From assembly GCA_963664115.2 (NCBI GenBank), contig CAXWPJ010000010.1:288001-352000 (forward strand): a stretch of DNA of 64,000 nucleotides. Direction: 5' to 3'. Shown here one piece after another: positions 9,050-20,572 of this stretch. Position 1 is the stretch's first letter. Each line of letters starts with the position of its first letter. The DNA comes from Terriglobia bacterium (GTDB taxonomy: Bacteria; Acidobacteriota; Terriglobia; 20CM-2-55-15). The notes beneath the pieces are model-generated. The model made no database searches. It had not been told where the DNA came from and worked only from the letters and a program-made list of their open reading frames with translations. A program made the position numbers and the translations under genes.

Positions 9050-11308
9050 ATGGATCGCCGACATTTCTTCAAGGTCACAGCCGCAAGCGGAGCCACAGCG
9101 TCGCTGGCCGGTTGCGGCAATCCTGAAAACCAACTGATTCGATTCATTCCCGAAGAACAACTCGTTCCGGGGGTGGCAACCTTGAAACCGAGCGTGTGCC
9201 CCCTCTGCTCGGCCGGTTGCGGCGTTCAGGTCCGCGTCATGGATGGCGATGTCGAGATCGTCCGAAACGGACAGGCAGGAGTGATGAAGAAGGGACTTGC
9301 CAAAAAACTGGAAGGCAACCCGGAGCACCCCATCAATCAGGGGAAGCTGTGTGCACGAGGTCAAGCGGCTATTCAGGTGACCTACCATCCCGACCGCATC
9401 ACAGGGCCGCTGCGGCGCACCGGCCCCCGGGGTTCGGGCCAGTTCGAGACAATCACATGGGATGAGGCGCTCGCCGATCTGGTTTCGCGCCTGGACACCC
9501 TGGCCAACGCGGGCCAATCCAGTGGTCTCGCTTTCTTGACCCGCCCGCTCCGCGGCCAGAAAGACGTCCTGGTACGCGAGTTTCTGAGACGCTTTGGCGC
9601 GCCGGATCCGATAGCGTTTGAGGTGTTTTCCGATTCCGTCCTCCGCCGGGCGAACGAGTTGAGTTTCGGATACCGTCAGTTGCCGACGCTCGATCTGGCG
9701 CGTTCGAATTATGTTCTCTCGCTAGGTGCGGATTTCCTAGGCACATGGAACTCGCCGGTCGCGCAGAACTTCGGATACGGAGAAATGCGCCAGGGCCGTC
9801 CGGGCGAGCGCGCAAAGTTTGTGCAAGTGGAACCGAGGATGTCGCAGACCGGGGCCAACGCAGACGAGTGGATTCCGGCCAAACCTGGAACCGAGGGCGT
9901 CCTGGCCCTGGGCCTGGCTCACGTCATCATGAACGAGGGTCTCGGATCAGAGGAAGACGCAGGCCGCGCCGGTAGCCTGATCGAAGGATGGTCTGAGGGT
10001 CTGCCCGAATACACCCCCGAAGAAGTGGAGGCTCTCACAGGAATCAGCCAGGAGAGGGTCGAACGCCTCGGCCGGGAGTTCGCGGCAGCGACACCCGCCG
10101 TCGCCATCATCGCAGGTGCGCCGCTGGCCCACACGAACAGCCTGTTCCAGGCACTTGCGGTCAACGCCCTGAACGCGCTCGTTGGCAGCGTATCCACAGC
10201 GGGCGGTGTTTTCTTTACTTCACGCCCGAACATGAACCCCGATTTGGACCCAACGGTCAATGCTCCGGGACCGGGACAGCCCATCGATCAGTTCGCGGCC
10301 GACATCCTGGCGGGGGACGATTCCCGGGTGCAGATACTGTTGCTCAACGATGCCAACCCCGTGTTTGGCACACCGGAGGCCTGGCGTGTCCGGGATGCAT
10401 TGTCGGCGGTACCCTTTATTGCCAGTTTTGGACAATTCGTGGACGAGACCAGCATCCTTGCGGATTTGATTCTGCCGGATCACTCTTTCCTGGAATCGTG
10501 GGTCGACGACCTGCCCGAATCAGGTGCGATTGGCTCCATCGCCAGCGTCGCACCCCCGGCTATGAGGCCCCTTCATGAAACCCGGGCCATGGCCGACGTT
10601 CTGCTCGAGGTCGCCCGGACTCTGGCCAACCCGCTGGATCCGGCCTTCGGATGGGACACTTACGAAGACATGCTCGAAGCCGGTTTCCGGACCCTGCCCG
10701 CTCCGGCGGGAGCCACTGTTTTGTGGCGACGGGCACAGGAAGATGGAGGCTGGTTCGGAGAAGCACAAGAACAGACTCCAGTCCCGGCCGAGGCGGAGCG
10801 CGCGCCACTGGTTTATTCCGAGCCTGACTTCGAAGGGGACCCCGGTCAATACCCTTTTCATTTTCTGCCCTACGCCTCTCAGGCTTTTCTCGACGGTTCC
10901 CTGGCCCACTTGCCCTGGCTTCAGGAGTTGCCCGATGTTCTCTCCACTGCTATGTGGAGCAGTTGGGTTGAAATCAACCCCGAAACCGCGGCCGGACTGG
11001 GAATTGCAGATGGCGATATGGTTGAGATCGCTTCCCAACAGGGTTCGATTGAAGCCCCAGCATTGCTGTCTCCCGGCATAGCCCCCGATGTCATCGCCGT
11101 GCCGGTCGGGCAGGGACACGAAACATTCACGCGGTATGCGAGCGGGCGCGGAGCCAATCCGCTCCGGATATTGGCGCCCCTGGCGGAACCGGAGACCGGT
11201 ACCTTAGCCTGGGCCGCAACCCGTGTCAGGATCACGAGAACCGAGGGTGAGGGAAACCTCATTCTTTTTGCAGGCGCGTTGAGAGAAGTAGAAGAGCGAT
11301 CACGATAG
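9050..11308 (+). CDS. Tat-exported molybdopterin-oxidoreductase-like subunit (QrcB/ActB N-part-like)
   Basis: MDRRHFFK Tat signal, LAGC lipobox, CPLCSAGC...LCARGQ Fe-S motif, ADLILP and C-terminal molybdopterin-binding-like domain. Confidence 0.9.
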   Translation: MDRRHFFKVTAASGATASLAGCGNPENQLIRFIPEEQLVPGVATLKPSVCPLCSAGCGVQVRVMDGDVEIVRNGQAGVMKKGLAKKLEGNPEHPINQGKLCARGQAAIQVTYHPDRITGPLRRTGPRGSGQFETITWDEALADLVSRLDTLANAGQSSGLAFLTRPLRGQKDVLVREFLRRFGAPDPIAFEVFSDSVLRRANELSFGYRQLPTLDLARSNYVLSLGADFLGTWNSPVAQNFGYGEMRQGRPGERAKFVQVEPRMSQTGANADEWIPAKPGTEGVLALGLAHVIMNEGLGSEEDAGRAGSLIEGWSEGLPEYTPEEVEALTGISQERVERLGREFAAATPAVAIIAGAPLAHTNSLFQALAVNALNALVGSVSTAGGVFFTSRPNMNPDLDPTVNAPGPGQPIDQFAADILAGDDSRVQILLLNDANPVFGTPEAWRVRDALSAVPFIASFGQFVDETSILADLILPDHSFLESWVDDLPESGAIGSIASVAPPAMRPLHETRAMADVLLEVARTLANPLDPAFGWDTYEDMLEAGFRTLPAPAGATVLWRRAQEDGGWFGEAQEQTPVPAEAERAPLVYSEPDFEGDPGQYPFHFLPYASQAFLDGSLAHLPWLQELPDVLSTAMWSSWVEINPETAAGLGIADGDMVEIASQQGSIEAPALLSPGIAPDVIAVPVGQGHETFTRYASGRGANPLRILAPLAEPETGTLAWAATRVRITRTEGEGNLILFAGALREVEERSR

Positions 11309-11321
11309 GGGACAAGCACAC

Positions 11322-12017
11322 ATGGCCTACAAATGGGGAATGGCAGTCGATCTGGACCGGTGCACGGGCTGTGAAGCCTGCGTTACGGCGTGTCACGCAG
11401 AAAACAACATCGCCACCGTGGGGCCTGAACAGGCCGATGCCGGTCGGGCAAAGCACTGGATTCGAATCGAACGCTACTGGGAAGGCGAGTTCCCGGATGT
11501 CCAGGTGAAGTTTCGGCCAGTGATGTGCCAGCAGTGCGATGAGGCACCGTGTGAACCGGTCTGTCCAACCTATGCCACCTATCACACAGAAGAAGGCCTC
11601 AATGCTCAGGTGTACAACCGGTGCATCGGCACGCGATTCTGCGCCAATGCATGTCCCTACAACGTGCGCTTCTTCAACTTCTACAACCCCGAGTGGGACA
11701 AACCGCTCCACCTCCAGTTGAACCCGGAAGTCTCACTACGTGAAGTCGGGGTCATGGAAAAATGCACCTTCTGCATACAGCGGATCAACCACGCAAAAAT
11801 CGACGCCAAGGCTGAGGGTTTGGAGTCTATCGAAGACGGAACACTCCAGACTGCATGTGTCCAGTCATGCACGGCCAACGCTTTGGTCTTTGGAGACCTG
11901 AACGATCCGGAAAGTCGGGTTTCCCGTTTGTCGGACTCACCGCGCGGCAGCAAACTGCTCGAAGATCTGGGAACCCAACCCTCAGTGACCTATCTGCAGC
12001 GAGATTCTGAAGAATGA
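11322..12017 (+). CDS. 4Fe-4S subunit (QrcC/ActB C-part-like)
   Basis: CTGCEACVTAC, CQQCDEAPCEPVCP, CIGTRFCANACP, KCTFC. Confidence 0.92.
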   Translation: MAYKWGMAVDLDRCTGCEACVTACHAENNIATVGPEQADAGRAKHWIRIERYWEGEFPDVQVKFRPVMCQQCDEAPCEPVCPTYATYHTEEGLNAQVYNRCIGTRFCANACPYNVRFFNFYNPEWDKPLHLQLNPEVSLREVGVMEKCTFCIQRINHAKIDAKAEGLESIEDGTLQTACVQSCTANALVFGDLNDPESRVSRLSDSPRGSKLLEDLGTQPSVTYLQRDSEE

Positions 12018-13375
12018 ATTCTGCCGCCGACAAGCGGATGACAGAGGATCTGCTCCGTCCTCTGTTCCATACCTCGCTAAAGTTCTACGTCGCTGTGGCC
12101 ATCCTGGGATCGGGCGTAATCATGGGCGTCGGGGCCTGGGCTTACCAAGCGTATTACGGAATCGGTGAGACCGGCCTCAACTGGCCTGTCTACTGGGGAT
12201 TCTATCTGGTCAACTTCGTTTTCTGGATCGGCATCAGCCACGCCGGAACGCTGATTTCGGCAATCCTCCGATTGGTCGACGCCGGTTGGAGACGCCCGGT
12301 GACCCGATGCGCGGAAGCGATTACGGCGTTCGCACTGATGATCGGCGGCATATTCCCACTGATTCACCTGGGCCGACCCTGGCTGTTTTTCTACTTGATT
12401 CCCTATCCGAGCGATCGTGGTATATGGCCCAACTTCCGCTCACCATTGGTGTGGGATTTCTTTGCCATCGGCACCTACCTGACGGCCAGCAGTCTTTTCC
12501 TGCTCTTGCCGATGATCCCTGACTTCGCTTTGGTCCGGGATCGCACGAGCGGGTGGCGTCACAGAGTTTACGGGCTTCTGGCGATGGGCTGGCAGGGGAG
12601 CACGAAGCAATGGAGCAGGCTGGAATCGGCCATGCACATCATGGCGATCGCCATCATTCCCATCGCTGTATCGGTCCACACCGTCGTGTCTTTCGATTTT
12701 TCGATGGCCGTCGTACCCGGATGGCACTCGACAATTTTTGGCCCCTACTTCGTGACCGGCGCGATCTTCAGCGGTATTGCAGGACTCATCGTTGCGATGG
12801 CGGTTCTTCGGAGACTATTGCACCTGGAGGACTATCTCCGGCCAATACATTTCCAAAATCTTGGAAAACTCCTGCTGGCGATGAGCCTGCTCTGGGGCTA
12901 CTTCCTCTTTAACGAACGCCTCGTAATCTGGTACGGCAACGAAACGCACGAGATGGGAGTGTTCTGGGCTACTTTGGCCGGCGAGTACGCACCGTTCTTC
13001 TGGACGATGGTCGTTTGTAACTTCGTTATTCCTCTTTCCATCCTGGCATTCAAGAGAACGCGGACGATCACGGGAACCGTGATAGCTTCGGTCGGCGTCG
13101 TTCTGGGCATGTGGCTGGAAAGGTTTCTGATCATCATTCCGTCGCTCTCTTACAAGCAGTTACCTTACTCCTGGGGATCGTACCTGCCCGGATGGCCGGA
13201 GATCACGATCATGGTCGCCTCGTTCGCTGCCATGGGCCTGCTCTACCTGCTATTTTCAAAATTCGTCCCTATCATTTCCATATGGGAACTCAAAGGGGAT
13301 GACCCGACAGTGACTGTTCCTGAAGAACCCGAACCGAGGGCGGCCTCGACCCGCACTGCAGGAGAATTCGTATGA
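12014..13375 (+). CDS. NrfD/PsrC-family membrane subunit (ActC-like)
   Basis: NFVFWIGISHAGTLISAIL, HLGRPW, NFRSPLVWD, WHSTIFGPYF motifs characteristic of ActC. Confidence 0.92.
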   Translation: MNSAADKRMTEDLLRPLFHTSLKFYVAVAILGSGVIMGVGAWAYQAYYGIGETGLNWPVYWGFYLVNFVFWIGISHAGTLISAILRLVDAGWRRPVTRCAEAITAFALMIGGIFPLIHLGRPWLFFYLIPYPSDRGIWPNFRSPLVWDFFAIGTYLTASSLFLLLPMIPDFALVRDRTSGWRHRVYGLLAMGWQGSTKQWSRLESAMHIMAIAIIPIAVSVHTVVSFDFSMAVVPGWHSTIFGPYFVTGAIFSGIAGLIVAMAVLRRLLHLEDYLRPIHFQNLGKLLLAMSLLWGYFLFNERLVIWYGNETHEMGVFWATLAGEYAPFFWTMVVCNFVIPLSILAFKRTRTITGTVIASVGVVLGMWLERFLIIIPSLSYKQLPYSWGSYLPGWPEITIMVASFAAMGLLYLLFSKFVPIISIWELKGDDPTVTVPEEPEPRAASTRTAGEFV

Positions 13376-13872
13376 CAGCGGTCTATGCCCTTTATGAGCG
13401 GCCGGAAGCTGCGCAGAAGGCTGTCGACGGCCTGCGGGCCGCCGGTGTCCAGGACAAAGACATCACAATACTGTCATCCGAGCCTCTGGAAGCGTATGAG
13501 ATGGGACAGAGAGACCACCACACCGTCATGCCGTGGATGGCGTGTCTCGGGGGGCTGACCGGCTTCTCCGCAGGCGTCGCGCTGACGTCGTTGACGCAAC
13601 TGGACTGGCCGCTGGTTACGGGCGGTATGCCTATCGTTTCGATCTGGCCCAACATGATCCCGATCTTTGAGCTGACCATGCTCGGTGCCGTACTCGCCAC
13701 GGTAGCCACACTCATGGTTTCGGCCGGTCTGCCCGGACGGATGGCGGAATTATACGATCCGGCGGTTTCCGACGGTAAGATCCTCGTCGGCGTGGCTGAC
13801 CAAGCGGGCATCACGTTGGCGGACCTGGAACCGACACTCCAGGACGGTGGTGAGGTCAAGTGGATATCTTGA
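13372..13872 (+). CDS. ActD-like (DUF3341) membrane protein
   Basis: Two TM helices around WPLVTGGMP..IFELTML. Confidence 0.85.
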   Translation: MTAVYALYERPEAAQKAVDGLRAAGVQDKDITILSSEPLEAYEMGQRDHHTVMPWMACLGGLTGFSAGVALTSLTQLDWPLVTGGMPIVSIWPNMIPIFELTMLGAVLATVATLMVSAGLPGRMAELYDPAVSDGKILVGVADQAGITLADLEPTLQDGGEVKWIS

Positions 13873-13907
13873 GTGACACCTGGCCGGTTAACAATTGAAC
13901 ATTACAA

Positions 13908-14112
13908 GTTAAGAGCGGGTCTTTTGGAACCGGAACTCTGGCGCAGGCCCTGAAGAACCCGCAGCGTTCCTCGCTGCGGGTGGACCGCTTTCAGAGTAAA
14001 GACGCGGTAGCCGAGGCGTCAGTCCAATAGGATGATCGGATCAAACGGGAAAAGTCGTTCCTTCGACTCTCACCACAGGCTGCTAGGGAATCCGAAACGC
14101 ATAGCTCTTAAC
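13908..14112 (+). mobile_element. Family F hairpin element, partial copy F1
   Basis: CCCGCAGCG-TTCCT-CGCTGCGGG hairpin, GCGGTAGCCGAGGCGTC motif shared with F2-F4; bounded by GTTAAGAGC/GCTCTTAAC inverted repeat. Confidence 0.65.
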
Positions 14113-14145
14113 GTGTGACTTCTTCCCGCTGACGGCAAATTACTT

Positions 14146-15572
<1,427 letters not shown>

Positions 15573-15576
<4 letters not shown>

Positions 15577-16595
15577 GATTTCACCTTTCGTTTTATTAAC
15601 TTTTTGGGTGTTATAACAGTTGCATCGCGTGCCCTGCGTACTGCGGATATCAGGAACAGATCCGGGGCCGGCCGCGCTGGGGCCGCCGGACTGCCCGCCT
15701 CCGGCTTTGGAAGCAGCCGGCAGCTTAAAATTGAAAAACCTGAGCGTTCGAGTTCATCTGCAACGTGATCAGGGTCGAGGCCATTGGACGCGTCTCCGAT
15801 TCGCCGCCGAAAGTCTTCCATCGAATGGGGCGCCACGTCGACGACCAGGAGCCGCCCTCCATCGACAACACCGCGAGCCAGTTCTTCCACGGACCGTCCG
15901 ATGTCTGGCGAATGCCTAAGAACAAGGATGGCCAGCGCGCAATCGATCGAGGCATCCTCAACCGGCAAGTCCTCAATGCGTCCCAGCTTGAACCCGACAT
16001 TCGACAACCCTTCGCGCTCGGCCCGTTGGCGAGCGAGTTCCAACATGGCCGAGGAAGCATCGGCCGCGATCACATGAGCAAACTGGCGAGCCAGAAACGG
16101 CAGCATATAGCCGGTGCCGGTTCCGATGTCAAGGACACGCCAATCTGTCGGCAGTAGACTCGCGACGGCCTCCAGATGGAACAATCCGCCAAAGTGCTCA
16201 GAACGCAGTTCGTCCCACTGATGTGCCACTTGCTCAAAGGTATCACCCGAACCAACACGACTCTCCACCATCTGTCGCAGTCGCAGATGAATTGCCGAGG
16301 GCAGGGCCTGCTGACGGAGCCAGGAGTTCAGTATAGCTGGAAGATCCCCTTCTCCGTTGCTACCGCCGCTCGGTTCGACCAACTCGATATAGACACGGTT
16401 GCCTTCACTTCTGTCCACGAGAAGCCCAGTTGAGCGGAGCGTTTTCAGGTGTCGGCTCACCGTAGACTGCGGGAGTCCCAGTACCTCAGCGATCTCCCCC
16501 ACTGTCAGCGGCGTCTCTGCCAGGATCCGGGCGATTTGACGGCGAACGGAGTCGCTCAATGAACGGAAAAGAAGACCAGGGCTATATTGATCCAC
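15573..16595 (-). CDS. sahR: ArsR-family regulator fused to SAM-binding methyltransferase-like domain (SahR-like)
   Basis: ArsR HTH ([12 protein letters not shown]) plus [12 protein letters not shown] motif; overlaps the ahcY start. Confidence 0.85.
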
Positions 16596-16631
16596 AAATT
16601 CGAATATACGAATTTAATAAATATATGTCAA
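16596..16631 (-). promoter_or_regulatory. sigma70 promoter of leaderless sahR with overlapping palindromic operator
   Basis: Minus strand TTGACA-N17-TATATT, 7 nt before GTG; perfect palindrome AAATTCG-N6-CGAATTT at 16596-16615. Confidence 0.8.
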
Positions 16632-16859
16632 TCCGGATAACAGCAAGCGCACGGACTTGCCCCAGCTATTCGAGGCGCTGAACGAAAAGGGAGGTCCAAG
16701 TATGAATTCTGCGCAAGGGGCGAAATTCGACGGCGTCTCCTAACTGTTCTCCGGTCAAACGAGCCTACCTGAGTATGAGACCGACGCGACGGTCACGGAA
16801 GTTTTCTCCCGGCCCTTCCGATGTGTGGCACAGCATAATGGGACTTTCACCAAGAGCCT

Positions 16860-17870
16860 CTATCTTTCGAAGTCATCTTCCATACGTTTCAAGTCCTTCG
16901 CCTCCCCCATGGCGATCAAGTAGTCGCCGGCTTCCATCCGGATATCGCCGGCCGGGTTGAACAGCATCTCTTCGGACGGCTTCTGAATTGCGAGAACGAT
17001 TACACCGTAACCCTGGCAGATCCTGGATTCCTCCAACGTTTGAGAGACCGTCTTACTGGACGCCCTGATCGGTATCTGCCCGATCTCAAGGTCGTGCCCC
17101 GAGGCTTTGTTGAAAGCGGAGGCTACGTCCAGAAAACTGAGCACGTGCGGGCGAATCAGAGACTGCGCCAGTCTATGACCGATGAACGGATAGGGTGTGA
17201 AAACGGCCGTTGCGCCCGCCGTACGCAACTTGTCTTCCTCCTGCTCGTTCGAAGAGCGGGCCGAAATAAGCAACTCCGGGTTCAGTGAACGACCCGCCAA
17301 TGTCACGTAAACGTTTTCGGCATCGGAACTGACCGCAGCCACGAGACCCCTGGCCCGATCGATTCGGGCTTCCCTCAACGTTTCATCCTGAGTCGCGTCA
17401 GCAACCAATACCGGAATGTCGCGGTCGATCGCCCACTGGGCACGTTTCGGGTCGTTGTCGATGAGCACCATTTACGCTTGACTCCGCAACAGTTCTTCGA
17501 CGACGCCACGGCCCACACGGCCCGCGCCACAAACGATGTAATGGTCCGACAATCCGCTGAGCATACGTTTCCTCCGGAGCAGGCCAAAATGGTCTGCCAA
17601 TTCCAGTTTTATCAGGGTGTCCGCCATGATTCCAATTGAAACGAACACGATCAAGATGCCACTGAGCATCAGCATCGAGTTGAAGATGCGGCCCGGCTGA
17701 CTCAGGGGCGACACCTCGCCGTACCCGACGGTAGTCAGGGTAATCAAAGCCATGTAGAAGCTATCGAACCACAGCCAGCCCTCGATCACATGGAACCCCA
17801 ACGTTCCCAGGCCGAGAACTGTGGTCAGTAGACCCAGTACCAGAAGTAACCGAGATAATGAAGCGCGCAT
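16860..17870 (-). pseudogene. 2TM potassium channel with TrkA-N/TrkA-C (RCK) domains, split by in-frame TAA at 17472-17474
   Basis: TTVGYG filter and GAGRVG in the first ORF; same frame continues after TAA (ELLRSQA*MVLIDND). Confidence 0.75.
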
Positions 17871-18161
17871 GACTATGAAATCCCCGACCTTGTATAGCAG
17901 CTTTTCGAATCCTCGTCCGCCAAAGTTATCTACTCAAGCGTTTCAAAGGAGAACGCCGGCCTGCCACTCAGATTCTAACGGAATTACCCCAGCCCAACAC
18001 CGACACGCCAGTTCAGGCGTTCGAAAACCTCCATCCTCATCATCCTGCTATACTTAGGTAGTCCGCTTCCCGGGTCGATGGCTCAGAGAAACCGCACCGC
18101 TTTCGGACGTCCCGTGAGCGATGGAAAATGGTTGCCGGTCAAAATCAACGATAAGGACACT

Positions 18162-19583
18162 ATGGAATCGATTAAAACCGATCTGGTCGTGCTGGGTGCC
18201 GGTCCTGGCGGCTATGGAGCGGCATTCTACGCTGCGGACCTCGGCAAGAAGGTCATGCTCGTCGAAAAAGACGCCCGGCTGGGTGGCGTCTGTCTCAACC
18301 GTGGATGCATTCCTTCGAAAGCCTTACTGTACGCAACGAAACTCATTTCCGAAGTCGAAGAATCGGCCGGCCGGGGGATCGTTTTCCCGTCCCCTGAAAT
18401 CGACGTGGCCAAACTGGCAGCCTGGAAAAACACTGTAATTGGAAAGCTCTCGCAGGGAGTCGAGCTATTGGCCAGGACACGGGGAGTCGACGTCGTGTCC
18501 GGCCACGGAAGTTTCGAAGATTCGACGCATCTCAACGTAGAGACCGCGGACGGTGAGGTTTCAATCGAGTTCGATCATGCGATCGTCGCCACCGGTTCGC
18601 ATCCGGTCATTCCAAAACCGTGGGACCTGGGCGATCCGGACATCATGACCTCGACCGAGGCATTGGAAGTGGCTGTGGTTCCCGATGACCTGCTGGTGAT
18701 TGGAGGTGGGTACATCGGGATGGAACTGGGAACCGTCTACGCAGCTCTCGGCAGCAAAGTGGTCGTCGTGGAAGCGCTGCCCTCTATCCTTGCAGGAACC
18801 GACGCCGACCTCTTACGCCCGGTCGTCCTGCGTGCACAGGAAACCTTCAGCGAACTTCGACTCGGAACCAAGGTTCAGCGTTTGGCGAGCAAGGGAGACC
18901 AGATCGAAGTCGTCACTGAAAATAACGGCGAAGAAGTGACCGAACTCTACGATCAGGTCCTGGTCGCGGTCGGCCGAGCACCGAACTCGGACGGTATCGG
19001 TCTGGACAAGACCGCTGCGAAGTTGAACTCAAACGGATTCATTCAAGTCGATGAAACTCAGAAAACGACGGATCCGAACATCTACGCGATCGGAGACATC
19101 ACCGGAGGGTTCATGTTGGCCCACAAAGCCTCCAAAGAAGCCCGTGTTGCAGTCGAATCGCTCGTGGGCAAAAAGAGTGTGTTTGAAGCCGTGATACCGG
19201 CAGTCGTTTTCACCGATCCTGAAATCGCATGGTGCGGACTGACCGAATCCGAAGCCAAAGAAAAAGGTATCGCCGTCGAAATTGCGAAGTTCCCGTGGGC
19301 CGCTTCCGGCCGCGCCCTTGCGGTTGACCGACCGGACGGACTCACCAAAATTGTCGTTGAACCCGAAACCGAACGCATTCTGGGCATGGGAATCGTCGGT
19401 GTCGGTGCCGGTGAGTTGATCAGCGAGGGTGTTGTCCTGATGGAGATGGGGGCTACGGTCAGGGACCTGGCCGATTCTGTGCACCCCCACCCGACGCTGT
19501 CGGAAACACTGATGGAGTGCGCGGAGATGTTTTTTGGTCACGCCACCCACGCGGCGCCTCGGCGGCGGCGCGCAAACCCATGA
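18162..19583 (+). CDS. lpdA: Dihydrolipoyl dehydrogenase
   Basis: GAGPGGY, GGVCLNRGCIPSK, GGGYIG, HPHPTLSE. Confidence 0.95.
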   Translation: MESIKTDLVVLGAGPGGYGAAFYAADLGKKVMLVEKDARLGGVCLNRGCIPSKALLYATKLISEVEESAGRGIVFPSPEIDVAKLAAWKNTVIGKLSQGVELLARTRGVDVVSGHGSFEDSTHLNVETADGEVSIEFDHAIVATGSHPVIPKPWDLGDPDIMTSTEALEVAVVPDDLLVIGGGYIGMELGTVYAALGSKVVVVEALPSILAGTDADLLRPVVLRAQETFSELRLGTKVQRLASKGDQIEVVTENNGEEVTELYDQVLVAVGRAPNSDGIGLDKTAAKLNSNGFIQVDETQKTTDPNIYAIGDITGGFMLAHKASKEARVAVESLVGKKSVFEAVIPAVVFTDPEIAWCGLTESEAKEKGIAVEIAKFPWAASGRALAVDRPDGLTKIVVEPETERILGMGIVGVGAGELISEGVVLMEMGATVRDLADSVHPHPTLSETLMECAEMFFGHATHAAPRRRRANP

Positions 19584-19641
19584 AGGCCGCCCAAGCGAAA
19601 CCGAGGCCCGGAGAAATCCCTCCACTGGCGCCGCCATCGTC

Positions 19642-20262
19642 ATGAACTTTAACCGTGGCTTGCTGGCACTTGGAGCGATAACACTCCTGGCGTCTGTATT
19701 CGTTGCGTTTACACCTCTGGCCAACGTCCTCGGGAATCGATTGGCGATAGCCGAGGCCCTGGCTCCCGCTGATGCCATCGTTGTCCTGGGTTCAGGAATC
19801 TCGACTGAAGGCGAGTTGAGCCGGCCTTCTCTGAAACGTACGATTCGCGGCATAGAGCTCTTCCAGCTGGGCTATTCCCCTGTCCTTTTACTGCTGGGCC
19901 CGGCGCGATTCGAAGGCTACCCCTCAGAAGCCGAGGTCCGACGCCGACTCGCGCGCACGATGGGTCTGGATCCCGGCGGCATCATGACTGAAGCAAACGG
20001 CCTAACCACCCGCGACGAGGCCCGCCTCAGCAGGGAAAGACTCTTCCCTCTCGGGATCGAAACCGTCCTGCTAGTGACGGAAGGACAACATCTCATACGC
20101 GCCGTGCGTTTGTTCGAAAACCAAGGCTTCCAGGTGTACCCGGCGCCCGCCAATGACTATTCGACGCAGCCAACCGGCCCGCGCGGACGGATCGCCTTAA
20201 TGAAAAGAATTCTCGAGGAGCAAGCCGCCCGAATCTACTACCGACTCGCAGGCTATCTGTAG
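19642..20262 (+). CDS. YdcF/DUF218 family membrane protein
   Basis: DAIVVLGSG, SEAEV, TTRDEA, LLVT..HL.RA motifs; start inferred. Confidence 0.8.
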   Translation: MNFNRGLLALGAITLLASVFVAFTPLANVLGNRLAIAEALAPADAIVVLGSGISTEGELSRPSLKRTIRGIELFQLGYSPVLLLLGPARFEGYPSEAEVRRRLARTMGLDPGGIMTEANGLTTRDEARLSRERLFPLGIETVLLVTEGQHLIRAVRLFENQGFQVYPAPANDYSTQPTGPRGRIALMKRILEEQAARIYYRLAGYL

Positions 20263-20570
20263 TGTCTGAGATCTTCCTGCTCTTGCTCCTTGTGTGTACC
20301 TCCGCCGGGGCCTACGGATTTGGACGCCGCTGGCTCGGATTGCAGGTTCCCATCAGCCGGGGAATTCAAAGAACCGTCGAAACCGTGGTTGTCGCGGTCG
20401 CGTTCTTTGTCGTCAACGTCGGCGTCACCGTCGTCGGTATCTTGGCGCTCAGAAGCCTGGGAGTTTTTGTCTCGCTATATATCGCCACGGACTACACGCT
20501 GATCGTTCTGTCGTTCCTGCAGGGAGTCGTCTTTCAGTATTGGCGGTATGGAGGCACCTCGCGAAACTAA
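20262..20570 (+). CDS. Small hypothetical membrane protein (about 3 TM)
   Basis: Hydrophobic segments; translationally coupled to neighbours. Confidence 0.55.
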   Translation: MSEIFLLLLLVCTSAGAYGFGRRWLGLQVPISRGIQRTVETVVVAVAFFVVNVGVTVVGILALRSLGVFVSLYIATDYTLIVLSFLQGVVFQYWRYGGTSRN

Positions 20571-20572
20571 GC

